A stretch of 64,000 nucleotides of DNA. Origin: Nemertoderma westbladi (lineage: Eukaryota > Animalia > Xenacoelomorpha). How positions within the stretch are numbered: position 1 is the first letter of the stretch; each line of letters starts with the position of its first letter. This document shows positions 48,501 to 59,545 of the stretch, piece by piece. Position numbers and translations under genes: made by a program. Where the stretch lies: positions 1 through 64,000 of the forward strand of contig JAUCBJ010000365.1 in the NCBI GenBank assembly GCA_032718475.1, given 5' to 3'. The notes beneath the pieces are model-generated. The model ran no database searches. It saw only the letters and a list, made by a program, of their open reading frames with translations, and was not told the DNA's origin.

Positions 48501-51500
48501 GTTGGAGTGCATAGTGATACAATATACAATCAAAAAGTGCTGTAGGAACTTGGCTGGATTACTGACATTCACTAATATGACTGACAACTACTGTTTGGTG
48601 TTTGGTGTCTAATGTTTAACCCATACAACCTCCCCCAATTTGAGAATGGGAAAATTCAGAAAATTAAAGCAGAACTAGAATCCTGCTACACTTTCACCAT
48701 CATCACATGGCAGAACAGGAAGATCCACCTGATTGCGAATGTATCGAGCCAGGCTCCCACAGACTCTGCTCCGGATGACCCAGAAAATGAAATGCCCAAC
48801 AAAATTCCAACAGGGGGATTTCCTGCATTTTGTAGAAGTGGATAACAAACCCAACCCACTACACTTGCACTCCACTCCAGGCGGCGCAGTGGTGGTACGG
48901 CTATTGTCACGTTACAGAATGTCGCGTTATGACTAATTTTCAGAGTAGCCGTAATGTGACTTTGAAAGTCGTGGGTATCACAGTACACAGTACCATAGGT
49001 ATATTGGTCGAAAGTATAATCAGTATGTTGCCGAAATATTGCACTTTGAATTTATCATTATATTAATCAAATCAAAAATATCTAAAACTAAAGCTTTTGA
49101 ATTAGCCAGTCATGCCCCGCGTATGGCATTTGGTTTGGTGGTGGGGTGGTTTGGAATGGTTCAGCCGCGAAGGGGAGGTTCGGTGGTGGGGTGGTTTGGA
49201 ATGGTTCGGGGGTGGGTTGGGAAGCAATGGTTCGGCCGCAGAGGGGTGGTTCGGGGGTGGGTTGGGAAGAAATGAATCAGCCGCGAAGGGGTTGTTCGGG
49301 GGTGGGTTGGGTTGGAATGGTTTGGCCGCGAAGGGGTGGTTCGGGGGTGGGTTGGGAAGGGTTCAGCCGCAAAGGGGTGGTTCAATACACCAACATGCCA
49401 GTCGGTATCACCACCTCCTCCCAATGCAGCTGGACTTTCAACTGGGTGATCGGCGGTTGGAAGGATGGCCATTGCCTGCTTGTCAGTCCCCAAACAGAAT
49501 GCAATATGGTCTCGGTAGCGAGACAGGCGTTGGAACAACATCAATATGAAGTAGTGGAATATGTTCCACAAAACCATTCAATGCTTCTTTGGCTGCTATT
49601 ATTGACTGTAATCGGTATCTGTGCTTGAGGCTGTGACTAAGAATACCATATTATATTAAAATATTGAATGTGAGGTTGTCGAAGAACATCAGTATGAAAG
49701 ATGGTAAAATGCCCCCTCCACCCCTGGATACTCCCATGCTGTAAAACATTATTACATTACATTTTTTGGACCTCATCTGTACATAAACACAATAGAATAA
49801 TATTGATAATGATTTCCTATGTAAAACCAAGACAATAGATTAGCCATAACGTGACAATTAGCCGTAATGCGACTTTTAGAGTCACCGTACCGCGACTTTC
49901 AAAGTCGCATTACGGCTAATCTCTCAAAAAATTACCGGAACGCGACATTAGCCGTAACGCGACAACACCCTCCATCCAGGCTCGCACGATGACCTCTTGA
50001 ATATCTACGAGCAGTATCTGGAGTACCATGAACTCATTGAGTGCATACAAACCAGCGATCATAAAGCACTCACACTGATGACAGTGCAGCAATACTGTTC
50101 ATAGACTGGTGTGGTGATCCCTGCCACTTGTCTTGATGAGATCCTGCAGAAACTCCATGCTTCATATATCATAATTACCCAAGTACACAGCAGGCTCGCA
50201 CTACAGTTTACTGGCCTGGCATCAATGAGAAAATGGAACATGACATGGGCCACTGCCACAGGTGCCAAAGTCATCACAAGGAGACCCTGAGGGAGAAACC
50301 ATCCCAATGAGTCCCATGGAGTTGGCTTCCTTCTTATGGTTCTGTATTCACCCTTGCAGGTAAACATTTCATAGTATATGCTGACAGACGTCTGGCTATC
50401 CATGACCACACTGCATAGCAGTGCGTCGATGGCATTCACCATTTCTTTGTATATCTCTGAGTGCCCAACATTTTGCATACAGCGGCATACAATACACCAC
50501 CACTGAAGTTTTCCAGCGCTTTCTCAAAGAGGGGTGTGCACTGGGAGGCGAGCACAGCATACTTTACTAGCAGTATTGCCCATGCCAAGGCCATCATCAA
50601 GCAAATCAAAATGCTGCTTAAGAAACTGTGATACCCTTAATTATGCTCCACCGGGTTCCAATGTGGTCTATTGGAACTGAGAAACATGCCATATGCGAAT
50701 GGGTGGTCGCCTAATGAAATGGTGTTTGGGCAAACTTACCATCCACGCCCACCACAACCATTATAACATCAGTATTGGAAAGATGAGGTGGACATGGCAG
50801 ATAAATTTGCGGAAACACATCATGGGAGGGTGGTGGTGTTCTGTATCCAGTCTGCACACAACCTCTGGCCCTTCGCTATAGGTGATACATTCCACACCCA
50901 GGACCCCAGGCCTGAGGGTGGACGCGCATAGGACTAGTATTGGAGGCCAGCTGGTGAGATGATTATCGCATGAAACTCAACTCTGGCCAGATATGGTGGT
51001 GAAACCTTCACTTTATTCGACAATAGGCTTTATTTCCCACCACCTGGGAGCACTTCAGAACCACTAACCCAACCACCACCAGCAGATGAAGTAGACAAAA
51101 TCAGCAATAAAGAAGTTGAGAGTAAATTGGCCCAAAGGGAGGCTGGAGGTCTATTTCATACATCCCAGTATGCTGGCCCAGAGTAAGGATTTTACTTGGG
51201 ACCTTGATCGCAATCACCCAGCTTGAGATCGCAGAGAAAAGAGAGTATGGTGACTTGATTAATATATACTGTATAACTAATATACATATACATGACATGC
51301 CCGCCCACCTTTGGTTCACCAGACTGATATACAGATAGGTACCCTTGCTACCATTGTACCATAGTGGTATGCCAGTGCAGTGTTAAAGTCTGCTAGGCCT
51401 ATCACCTAACCATTTTCCAGCATTTAGTGGTTGTTTAGTAATTATTGGTGTTTAGTCAATATTGGCCTATGCGCATATTGATGATCTAAAGTTTATTACT

Positions 51501-52664
51501 GACTTTTTGAGTTTATTGTTCCAACCTGCGGTCTCCACATGCCGAACATACTGCGCCATGTGTGAGCTAAGGTGGGTATGTTTGAGTATATTAATTATAC
51601 AGTATATTAATCAAGTCACCACAGCTCACAGGTTCCTCTGCCTTTATGGGAACAACTCTGGTTGCCATTCTAGAGAGTCCCTGATGTGATTCAACACGAC
51701 TCGGTTAAATATGTTTGGTGTTAATCAGGGTAACATTACAGATTATTGATGTTTATAATGTGTAGGCCTACTGTAATCAGTGTCTCTGGATTTCTAGTTT
51801 TAGAATGCACATAATTATGTTTGTACCGGTAGTTTATCACATGGTACTACCATACTATAGTTATATCATATCTCCTTATTCTAGTGGGTTAAAGGACATT
51901 GCCAGAATAGCGGTTTCATGTGGTATACGTTCAATGACTTCCATTTGGAATCCGTCAGTGTAGCTGCTTTGGGAGAAACTTGTGATGATGGAAGTACTGC
52001 CTGTGGATTCTGGAAAGATATTGGGGAATGCATAAATAATCCTGGGTTTATGTTCTTGGTATGCCGAGCTTCTTGCGGATACTGTTGGAACCATTTCGCA
52101 CCGGATCCCCCTAAATCCGTGTTGGCGGTAGTTCTTGCAGATGGAGATATAAAGGTATAGTTAGTGACTCTGTACAAAAAATGTACATGTCTTACATTCT
52201 TGTACGCCTGTAGATTTTTCCAGCAACATTTTTGTTTATAATTTTTTTAAAATAAGAGATACAAATTTGTCCACTTTTTAATCCTTTTAAAAGCGATTTA
52301 TATTTGCTTATACCACAAGGATGAATAATGATATTTTGTACATTGTATGTTCTTCTAGGTGAGCTGGGTACCTGGACATAATGGAGACCTCCCAAATACA
52401 TACCAACTACTCATTGAAGATGAAAGTTTATCCTTTCAATATGGTTGGAGTGTCTCCACTCCGGAGACTATTGTCAGTGACCTTCCTAATGGTTCTTCTT
52501 ATATAGCCAGAGTCCGGGCTTGTCATATGTCTACATGTGGAGAATACACTGATTCTACTCTATTTACCGTGGCTGGAAGCTGTTCCTGTAAACCCAACAT
52601 GTCCGACATCCTCCCCGGCGCTATAATCTTAACCTCTGGTGATGCAACAGCCTTAGAATATTAA
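30470..52664 (+). CDS. Paralogue C: secreted HExxH zinc-metallopeptidase-ShKT-FN3 protein, 8 exons, about 584 aa
   Basis: Exons 30470-30530, 32460-32820, 41762-41956, 45953-46068, 46436-46654, 47017-47243, 51885-52154, 52359-52664; GT/AG, same phases and internal exon sizes as B, total 1755 nt. Confidence 0.85.
30502..32188 (+). repeat. 52/53-bp minisatellite (about 32 copies) of exon-1 end plus splice donor
   Basis: Unit GTACCTAGTGGTTCTGCTTGTGTTATCAG|GTAATTGTTTGGTCCGACCAGCCA. Confidence 0.95.
32460..32820 (+). CDS. Paralogue C exon 2 (pro-region, RAKR furin-type site)
   Basis: tttttag acceptor; RGDDSATAR...RAKRDAVDPDTLPKPAGAADRVAALSSLTKR; donor GTAAAT. Confidence 0.85.
32845..41585. repeat. 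22-bp satellite (GTTGCAGTGCCTTAGTAGAGTA), about 360 copies filling intron 2 of paralogue C
   Basis: Directly visible; interrupted by a MITE at 33725-34501. Confidence 0.98.
33725..34501. mobile_element. MITE with ~62-bp terminal inverted repeats inserted in the satellite
   Basis: GGTACTTTTGCACTTTAGGTCCCCACCCCTAGATTTT...TCTGAGATTT is mirrored at 34440-34501; AT-rich interior with repeated TACTAGCTA. Confidence 0.9.
41762..41956 (+). CDS. Paralogue C exon 3
   Basis: GDAWRNVNC...ACYITWFMMLD; 195 nt. Confidence 0.88.
41926..42600 (+). repeat. 44-bp minisatellite (about 15 copies) of exon-3 end plus splice donor
   Basis: Same unit as 13050-13500. Confidence 0.95.
43136..43182 (+). ncRNA. Minimal type I hammerhead ribozyme motif, copy 1 (GAAA core altered)
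   Basis: AGCGCTA CTGATGA GGTC-tgata-GGCC GAAT GCGTAC GTA TAGCGCT; stem I intact. Confidence 0.65.
43484..43525 (+). ncRNA. Minimal type I hammerhead ribozyme motif, copy 2 (core intact, stem I 3' arm eroded)
   Basis: AGCGCTA CTGATGA GGCC-tgata-GGCC GAAA CGTAC GTA TAG. Confidence 0.8.
43978..45934 (+). mobile_element. Helentron/HINE-like element with an inverted copy of itself nested inside (44520-45541)
   Basis: Subterminal IR GGTTCACGGTCC (43981) / GGACCGTGAACC (45902), (GT)n, 3' end ...CTTGTT; 44173-44378 is inverted at 45336-45541 and 44520-44930 at 45553-45934. Confidence 0.7.
45953..46068 (+). CDS. Paralogue C exon 4
   Basis: QDIRNAMYNSQARLAIMSKDEASNDMPEHRGRPDGGVR; 116 nt. Confidence 0.85.
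46436..46654 (+). CDS. Paralogue C exon 5 (HELGH)
   Basis: FGGTQMEPLCSGAEENLL...HELGHGIH; 219 nt. Confidence 0.88.
47017..47243 (+). CDS. Paralogue C exon 6
   Basis: AEWMGENMMYYF...; 227 nt. Confidence 0.88.
47790..51621 (+). mobile_element. Degenerate Ty3/Gypsy LTR retrotransposon (pol relic plus 3' LTR 51248-51621) in intron 6 of paralogue C
   Basis: RT motifs FTALDAKLGYGQIEL and YCRAPMGFISSGD near 47850-47990 with many stops; purine tract agagaaaagagag just before TGGTGAC...GTCACCA. Confidence 0.75.
48899..49969. mobile_element. MITE-like insertion with ~75-bp imperfect terminal inverted repeats and an internal G-rich ~45-bp repeat (49135-49382)
   Basis: tgtcacgttac...tagccgtaatgtgactttgaaagtcg is mirrored at 49891-49969. 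Confidence 0.65.
51885..52154 (+). CDS. Paralogue C exon 7 (ShKT)
   Basis: CDDGSTACGFWKDIGECINNPGFMFLVCRASCGYC; 270 nt. Confidence 0.88.
52359..52664 (+). CDS. Paralogue C exon 8 (FN3, stop)
   Basis: ttctag acceptor; VSWVPGHNGDLPNTYQL...ALEY-stop. Confidence 0.88.
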   Translation: MSWVPGHNGDLPNTYQLLIEDESLSFQYGWSVSTPETIVSDLPNGSSYIARVRACHMSTCGEYTDSTLFTVAGSCSCKPNMSDILPGAIILTSGDATALEY

Positions 52665-53329
52665 GCGACCACCCAAAAACCTTGTTAACCTGCGATCATG
52701 AATTATATACTGGTATATACAATATCAGTTACATGTTATCATCAATAATATGTGGTGAACAGGTAGCTCTGATTCTATAGAATAAGCTGAATATCGCATT
52801 ATGATGCTATTATTGTTTTAATGTGGTGAACTGGTAGCAATAACTCATCCTGTAGAATATATAAAAGCTCAATATCGCATGATGATGCTATTATTACTGT
52901 AGGCCTACTTTAATTTTTGTGAATTTGGTGGAACTTCCTTAATCATAAAAATATCCAAAAGAAAAATATCCTTCACCTTTGCATTAATTCATTTAATATA
53001 AATCTATCGAAAAAAAGAAATATAAGTAGAGCCAAACAGCTAATAATGCACAAAACAAGTATAGATATAGGCTGTATTTTAAATTGCCAGAGGTGTAGTG
53101 AGGCCTTCTGACGTCCAGTGGAATGAAGCTGGAATATCCCCCGTCTCTTAAAAGTGTGGGGTGAGCAACGAAAGTAAGCGAGCTTAGCATACAGGTACCA
53201 CTAACTCAATCAGTGTGAGCCACAAAGTGAGTGAGCCTTAAAATGGTGGTACCATTAATCAACCTGTCGTTCTGTGGGGCGAGCCACGAAGTAAGTGAGC
53301 CTTACCGTAGTGGTACCATTAATCAACAT

Positions 53330-54270
53330 ATCGTTCTGTCGATCTATCACTTGATTGAAGGAATCAAGTCAAAGAATCTCCCTGCAGTCATGACTTTTGT
53401 GGACTTCAAGAAGGCATTCGACTCCATCCATAGAGGTAAAATGCTTGAAATTCTAAGTGCTTATGGAATACCAGAAGTAATTGTTGCTGGCATTGGATTG
53501 TTATATTGTGACACAGAAGCACTGGTACTCTCACCAGATGGTGAAACTGAGTTTTTCTCAATCCTGGCTGGTGAACTGCAAGGCGACACATTAGCACCAT
53601 TACTATTTGTAATTGTACTGGATTACGCAATGAGGAACGGCCACAATGGGTGAAGATCTGGGATTCACACTTCAAGAACGCAGAAGTAGTAGATATCTGG
53701 CACTACAGTCACAGACACCGACTTTGCGGATGACAGTGCCCTGCTCTCTAATACGCTAGCAGATGCACAGCTTCAACTTAATAAAGTGGAGAGGGCTGCT
53801 AAGGAGGTTGGATTGCATATAAATTGTTGATAATTATATTGATGGAAACTTGACAACCATTGATAATAATCAACTAAGGAAGGTCGATGACTTCCAGTAC
53901 CTAGGATCATGGATAGAGAGTAGCAAAAAGAACATAGAAGTTAGGAAAGCAAAGGCTTGGGTAGCTCTATCAAAAATGAATACCATCTGGAAATCAGATC
54001 TATCCAGGCACCTGAAGACTAAGTTGTTTCGAGCCACAGTGCAAAGTGTATTTATATACAGGGTTGAGACCTGGACACTGACTAAATCGCTTGAACAACG
54101 AATTGATGGTTGCTACACAAGACTACTAAGGGCAAGCCTAAACATCAGCTGGAGACAACACATGAAAAACGCCGAGCTTTATGGTACGATACCACCTGCA
54201 TCAACCACCCTCCGTGAACACAGATTAAAATTCAGTGGGCACTGCTGGCGAAGTAAAGACGAGGAATTAG
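53330..54270 (+). mobile_element. RTE-clade LINE RT fragment (frameshifted)
   Basis: FVDFKKAFDSIHR, LQGDTLAPLLF, DFADD, FQYLGS, RLKFSGHCWR. Confidence 0.88.
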
Positions 54271-56047
54271 TTTTTCACTTTGTTCCCTGGAATACTACTA
54301 CCAGTAGATGTTGGATACAGTATGGGGTATGATTGATAGTAAAAGTGGTTCTAAATGAGTGGTAAAATTGACAGCACAAGTAGGAAAGAAAAGTAACGAC
54401 TAAAGGTTACTGACTGGTGATGATAACAGGTGTACAGGAGTATAAGTACATAGTATAAGAACGTCCGCAATTTTAGGAAAATAAGTCATATTTGAAGAAA
54501 ATTAGATTTTTTATGAAAATAAGTTGTCATTGATTTACACGCATACATGTATTTGTAGGAATTAAGTTCATTTATGTATTCCTGAAACAGAAGTCAGCAA
54601 CGACTTCAAGGTGGGATCAAACTGGTGACCTCCAGGTTGAATATCAACTTCACTGAGATTGTGTCTGATTTAGTCCAGCCTGATTCCCGAGCTAAACCAA
54701 TGATATATTATAAATATACATTAGCCTGAGTCATTAAAACAAACTCACTTTCACCAATAGTATATTCTATAGTCTATTCCTTGTCAAAACTCATCTTAAC
54801 CCTGATCACAATTAGAACCAGATCGCCATCAATAATTCAAACTACCCACAAACTCCTTCAATGACTTCTAAATCATTTCTTAGGAAAAAAAAAGGTAACT
54901 TCCTAAATTATTGTTGAACTTCATTAAATTTGGATCATTTTTCAATATTTAGGTCTTAATCAATTCTTACATCGCTACATGGTGATTGTAACCAATCCCA
55001 AAGACGAAATTCTCCATCACCTCTCTGTAGGTAACATTATCCTCAGTTCCCTTTGCCATTATTCATCCTTTTGCAGTTATTTCGCAATTATTACAGAATC
55101 CTACTAATAAGTACAAAACCTGCAACCTGATAAATTTATCCATTTTGATTCAAGATTCAGTCATAACTAACTACATTGCATGCAATAATTAGAGTAGGGA
55201 ATTGGCTCACCAGTAAAGTGTTGACCAAACATTCTCTCTATATAAATATATCTCTATATTTAACAAACGCAACTGAAGCGAGTGGAAAATGTTGTTTTGT
55301 TAAATATTGCAAATTTGGACTACGTTTTAGTCACGGAGAAGTACTAGAAACAGGAATCAGTATGATTTCCTGGGTAAGTATGTAAGCCAAAGTATTAAAC
55401 CGATCCATCTTAAGGAATATAGCATCATATAGCACAATATAGCATCATATTCATTCTATTGATGTGCTTATTTTCTCTAATTTCGATCGGCCATCGTAAT
55501 TGGTAGGAATTTGGTGCATAAATATTTACTGATTTATATTATAGACCTGGCCCGTTTATTGTATTTTTTGGTAAGTATTCTGCAAGTATTTGATGAACTA
55601 TGTTTACTGGTATATAACCAGAGAGTGTAAAGGAGTACTTATATATATCATTATTTATAATTGGTGTATTTATTGTTTTTTGCTTTCACGTATTTGGTGA
55701 GTTTTGAACATAGCATAGCATAGATAGATAGATTTATTTATACATTATGTAAAAACAATAACAAATACACCAAACAATGTACCGGTATAAAGGTATTGCC
55801 CAACATAACATATAGGATTACCCCTAAAGCTTTGCAGCTTATTTCCAAGGGGGTCCTTTATGTTACTTGGTTACAAATACAATATTACACTACGCTAACC
55901 TAAAACCAATATAAAACGTAATTACACTATGTACATGTACAACTTTACCGAGAGCGTGACAATGTCCGACTCAACGATAAAGATGTAATGTACAGAACAA
56001 TTTATTATAAAACGTAATTACAGTATAAATAGTAAATAATTAATAAA

Positions 56048-58555
56048 CTAATAACTCACTGTAGGACTATTGTACCTATTTTTACATTGCACACGGAGGT
56101 GAGATTTAACTGCAGATTTAAAAGAATGTTGATTATTTAGGTTTTTAATTTCATTAGGCAGAGCGTTCCAATTTTTTATGCCGTTAAAAAAGAAAGTATC
56201 AGATTCAAAGGATTTACAATTCGGGAGGTAGAAGTTTGAAGCACTAGCTCTGGTACTGTAAGAGTGTGTATCGCGTACTCTGTTGAATTTTTGTTTTAGG
56301 TAATTGGGACATTTACCATTATACACTTTATGCACATGGTTAAGGCGTAGCTGCTTAACTCTACTATCTAAGTTAAGTAGTCCAGATTCAGAAAAGTCAT
56401 CTGGAGTTAGGTGGTGCCTAGGTTTGTAGTCTTTAATAAATCGTACTACTTTATTCTGAGCTACTTGTAATTTACATTTAAGCTGTTTGGTTAAGCCTTC
56501 ATACCAAGAAGAGCACGCATAGTCCATGTGACACTGTATTAAAGAAGAGCAAAGTAACTTGCGGGAGTCGGTGTTCAAACTATTTTTATTTCTGTATAGA
56601 AACCTAAGCCTACTGTTAACTTTCGAGAAAATATTTTTCACTGTACTTTCTCCTGATAAGCAGTTATCCAATGTGGCGCCTAAATATTTAACTTCCTTTT
56701 TATTTTCAATCTTATGTCCATTACTAGTGACTTCAAACTTAGTTACCTTCTTTAACTTTCTTTTGGAACCAAACAAAATACTTTCAGTTTTACCGTAGTG
56801 AATGGATAGCTTATTATCAACCAACCACTCATTACAGGATTCTAGAACTGCACTTAACTTTTGGGAAATATGGATAGGATCTTTATGAGAGAAAATAAGA
56901 GCACTGTCGTCGGCATATAAAATGAGTTTAAAATCGGGATCTATACTACTTATCATATCATTTACATAGCATACAAAAAGCAGAGGACCTAATATACTAC
57001 CTTGCGGTACACCACAGGTAATCTCTTGTACAGTAGACATCGATTTGCTAATGACTACAGTTTGACCTCTGTCTGACAGGTAGGACTTGAACCAGTCTAT
57101 AGAACCTACACCCATCAGGCCTAACTTACCAAGCAGAATTTCGTGATCTACAGTATCGAAAGCCTTTTGTAGGTCCAACATTACCATACCAGTATATAAA
57201 CCCTTTGCGTTATTACATCTAATTGTATCAGTTAAGTTAATAAGGCAGGTGTCTGTAGAATATGATTTACGAAAACCGGACTGAAGTTCATAGATCAGAT
57301 TTAGCCTACTAAGATGTGCCTCCAGCTGTAGAAAAACAGAACGTTCTAGAATTTTAGATACAATACTTAAGATACTAACAGGTCTGTAATTACAGGGTTC
57401 TACTTTACTATTCTTTTTATACAGAGGAACAACCTTAGCTAATTTCAGTTCGTCTGGTACTACATTATCTACGATAGAGTAATTAATAATAAAAGTAATA
57501 GGCACTTTAAGTACTTCAGCACCATCCTTAAGAAAACGGGCAGGTATTAGATCTAGACCGGTACTTTTTGAGGCTGATAGGCTAAGTAGATTTTTAAAAA
57601 CGAAATCCTCAGAAACGGGTTTTAAAAATAACTTTTCTGAATTTTGTATCTTTTCTAAATAAAAATTATTTAGAGTTTCGGACCCTATACTATATTTATT
57701 ACTTGATAACGGTAATTTCTTAACTAAATTAGAGGCAACATTAGTAAAATAATTATTAAATAAATTACTAACTAGAGTATGATCATGAATCAGCTCACCG
57801 TTATCTTGCAGAACAATATTCGATTTAGATTTAAGGTTTTTATAACCTAAAGATTTTAGGGTAGACCATAGACTTTTTGGATTATCTTTATTCTCACTTA
57901 TTTTGTTGTACAAATATTCAGATTTAGCTTTTTTTATTTCCCGTTGGACAAGGTTTCTATATTTGCAGTAATTATTATAATCAGCTAAAACACGGTATTT
58001 CCTAAATTTATACAAATAGTTATCTCTTTCTCTGATATTACTAAGAATACCAGAGGTCATCCAGGGCTCAGTGCGTTGTTTAAGACTAATTTCTTTAATT
58101 GGTGCTACAGTATTAAGTGCCTTTAAAAATATATCTTTAAAAACAGTGTACGCAAGGTTAATGTCAGCGGCCTTAAAACAGGGTTCCCAGTCAGAATTAA
58201 CTAACAAACTTAAAAAGCGTTCCTTGCTGTAATTTTTCATAGACCTAACTGTTACTGTTTTATGATCCCCGAAAAAAGATTTTTGTGTCTTTCTTGTGCA
58301 AAAAACTATAAAATGATCGCTTAGACCTATAGGTAAAACCCCAGATTGAGAAATAATATCGGTATTATTACAAAGGATGTGATCTAGTAAAGTAGAAGTT
58401 TTACTGGTAATTCTGGTAGACTCTCGAATAATTTGTTTTAAACCAAACAAATTTAAAATACTTTGGTACTGTTTACAGATGGTGGATGCTTTGTGATGGT
58501 AACAGATATTAAAATCACCTAAGAAATATATTTCACAGTCTGACCTAAGATTACA
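56048..58555 (-). CDS. LINE ORF2, endonuclease C-terminal half plus reverse transcriptase
   Basis: [45 protein letters not shown]. Confidence 0.85.
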   Translation of the reverse strand, partial: CNLRSDCEIYFLGDFNICYHHKASTICKQYQSILNLFGLKQIIRESTRITSKTSTLLDHILCNNTDIISQSGVLPIGLSDHFIVFCTRKTQKSFFGDHKTVTVRSMKNYSKERFLSLLVNSDWEPCFKAADINLAYTVFKDIFLKALNTVAPIKEISLKQRTEPWMTSGILSNIRERDNYLYKFRKYRVLADYNNYCKYRNLVQREIKKAKSEYLYNKISENKDNPKSLWSTLKSLGYKNLKSKSNIVLQDNGELIHDHTLVSNLFNNYFTNVASNLVKKLPLSSNKYSIGSETLNNFYLEKIQNSEKLFLKPVSEDFVFKNLLSLSASKSTGLDLIPARFLKDGAEVLKVPITFIINYSIVDNVVPDELKLAKVVPLYKKNSKVEPCNYRPVSILSIVSKILERSVFLQLEAHLSRLNLIYELQSGFRKSYSTDTCLINLTDTIRCNNAKGLYTGMVMLDLQKAFDTVDHEILLGKLGLMGVGSIDWFKSYLSDRGQTVVISKSMSTVQEITCGVPQGSILGPLLFVCYVNDMISSIDPDFKLILYADDSALIFSHKDPIHISQKLSAVLESCNEWLVDNKLSIHYGKTESILFGSKRKLKKVTKFEVTSNGHKIENKKEVKYLGATLDNCLSGESTVKNIFSKVNSRLRFLYRNKNSLNTDSRKLLCSSLIQCHMDYACSSWYEGLTKQLKCKLQVAQNKVVRFIKDYKPRHHLTPDDFSESGLLNLDSRVKQLRLNHVHKVYNGKCPNYLKQKFNRVRDTHSYSTRASASNFYLPNCKSFESDTFFFNGIKNWNALPNEIKNLNNQHSFKSAVKSHLRVQCKNRYNSPTVSY

Positions 58556-59545
58556 TCAAATTGTATTTTCAAAATTTTGCAAAAAATCTGATTGTTTAGG
58601 GGGCCGATATAAAGTACCGATTAAAATAGGTTTAGTTTTAGGAAGTAAAAGTTCCACCAGTAAAACTTCGTCACAAGTCTCTAAATCTTCCCTACGATTA
58701 AAAGCTAAATCACATCGAATGTAAGTACAGACACCACCACCGTGTCTGTCCCTATCCTTACGTAAAACTACGTAATTATCAATATAAATTTCTCCATCAG
58801 AAACACTATCATCGAGCCAAGTTTCAGAGATTGTTAAAACTGCTGGGTTGGATTTATTGATTAAAATACGAATTTCGGAAAGTTTTGGAAGCAGAGATCG
58901 TGCATTTAAGTGCAAAAAATGCAGACCTTTTTTCTTAAAAAAATTAAAAGTTTCACTCTCAGCATCACTTGGAGTTTGCAGAGGCGATGTGAGAAATGAA
59001 TCGTCGGTTTCTGATTCTAAAATTGTATCATGAAAGGGAAGTTCGGTAAAAATACAGCTATTGCAGAGAAAACTTGGTTCAAGATTGTTTCTGGCGGAGA
59101 ATAAATTACTGCGTTTCCTACGGTAACATTTTAAATGTACAAATGTGTCACAACTCTCGCATTGGACGATCTTACTCCGAGAGTTTGTTCCTCGTTGACA
59201 GACGGGACAGTTGATCTTCGGGGCCCGCGTCCTGCTGGGTCCTGGGTTGGTCTCAATATCCCCAGCCAGAGACAGTAGACAGAGTTTAGCGATTAGGCCT
59301 CTAGATCGTGGAGAGGAGACCCAAGATCTTCTTCCCCGACGAGAGCAGTAGAGGCTAAATCCACTCGTCGACCACATCTCCGTCGATTCGGCGCGGCAGA
59401 TTGAAACGGTAGCGACAGGGTGTTCCGCAAACCAGTCCAATACGGGTATTGGGTGGGTTGCAGGGTTACCCCGCGGATCGGATGGTTCTGCCACAACGAA
59501 ACGACCCAGAACGATGAAAACTGTGGAGATTAAGAGCGGGGACAT
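58556..59545 (-). CDS. LINE ORF2 N-terminal part: 2A-like peptide, PHD-like finger, APE endonuclease start
   Basis: LLSLAGDIETNPGP; CPVC..CESC..HLKC..CNSC; HLNARSL, SETWL, YRPP. Confidence 0.85.
   Translation of the reverse strand: MSPLLISTVFIVLGRFVVAEPSDPRGNPATHPIPVLDWFAEHPVATVSICRAESTEMWSTSGFSLYCSRRGRRSWVSSPRSRGLIAKLCLLSLAGDIETNPGPSRTRAPKINCPVCQRGTNSRSKIVQCESCDTFVHLKCYRRKRSNLFSARNNLEPSFLCNSCIFTELPFHDTILESETDDSFLTSPLQTPSDAESETFNFFKKKGLHFLHLNARSLLPKLSEIRILINKSNPAVLTISETWLDDSVSDGEIYIDNYVVLRKDRDRHGGGVCTYIRCDLAFNRREDLETCDEVLLVELLLPKTKPILIGTLYRPPKQSDFLQNFENTI

Larger units (their letters stand above)
55709..59545 (-). mobile_element. Near-intact L2/CR1-group non-LTR retrotransposon (2A-like peptide, PHD-like finger, APE endonuclease, RT)
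   Basis: ORFs 58556-59545 and 56048-58450 are in frame and separated by a single TGA; 3' UTR GGACCCCTTGGAAATAAG stem motif, AATAAA and a (TCTA)n(TGCTA)n tail at 55709-55740. Confidence 0.92.

Noticed and set aside
49112-49628. Gly/Trp-rich ORFs
   Set aside because: Translations of a G-rich ~45-bp tandem repeat inside a MITE-like insertion.
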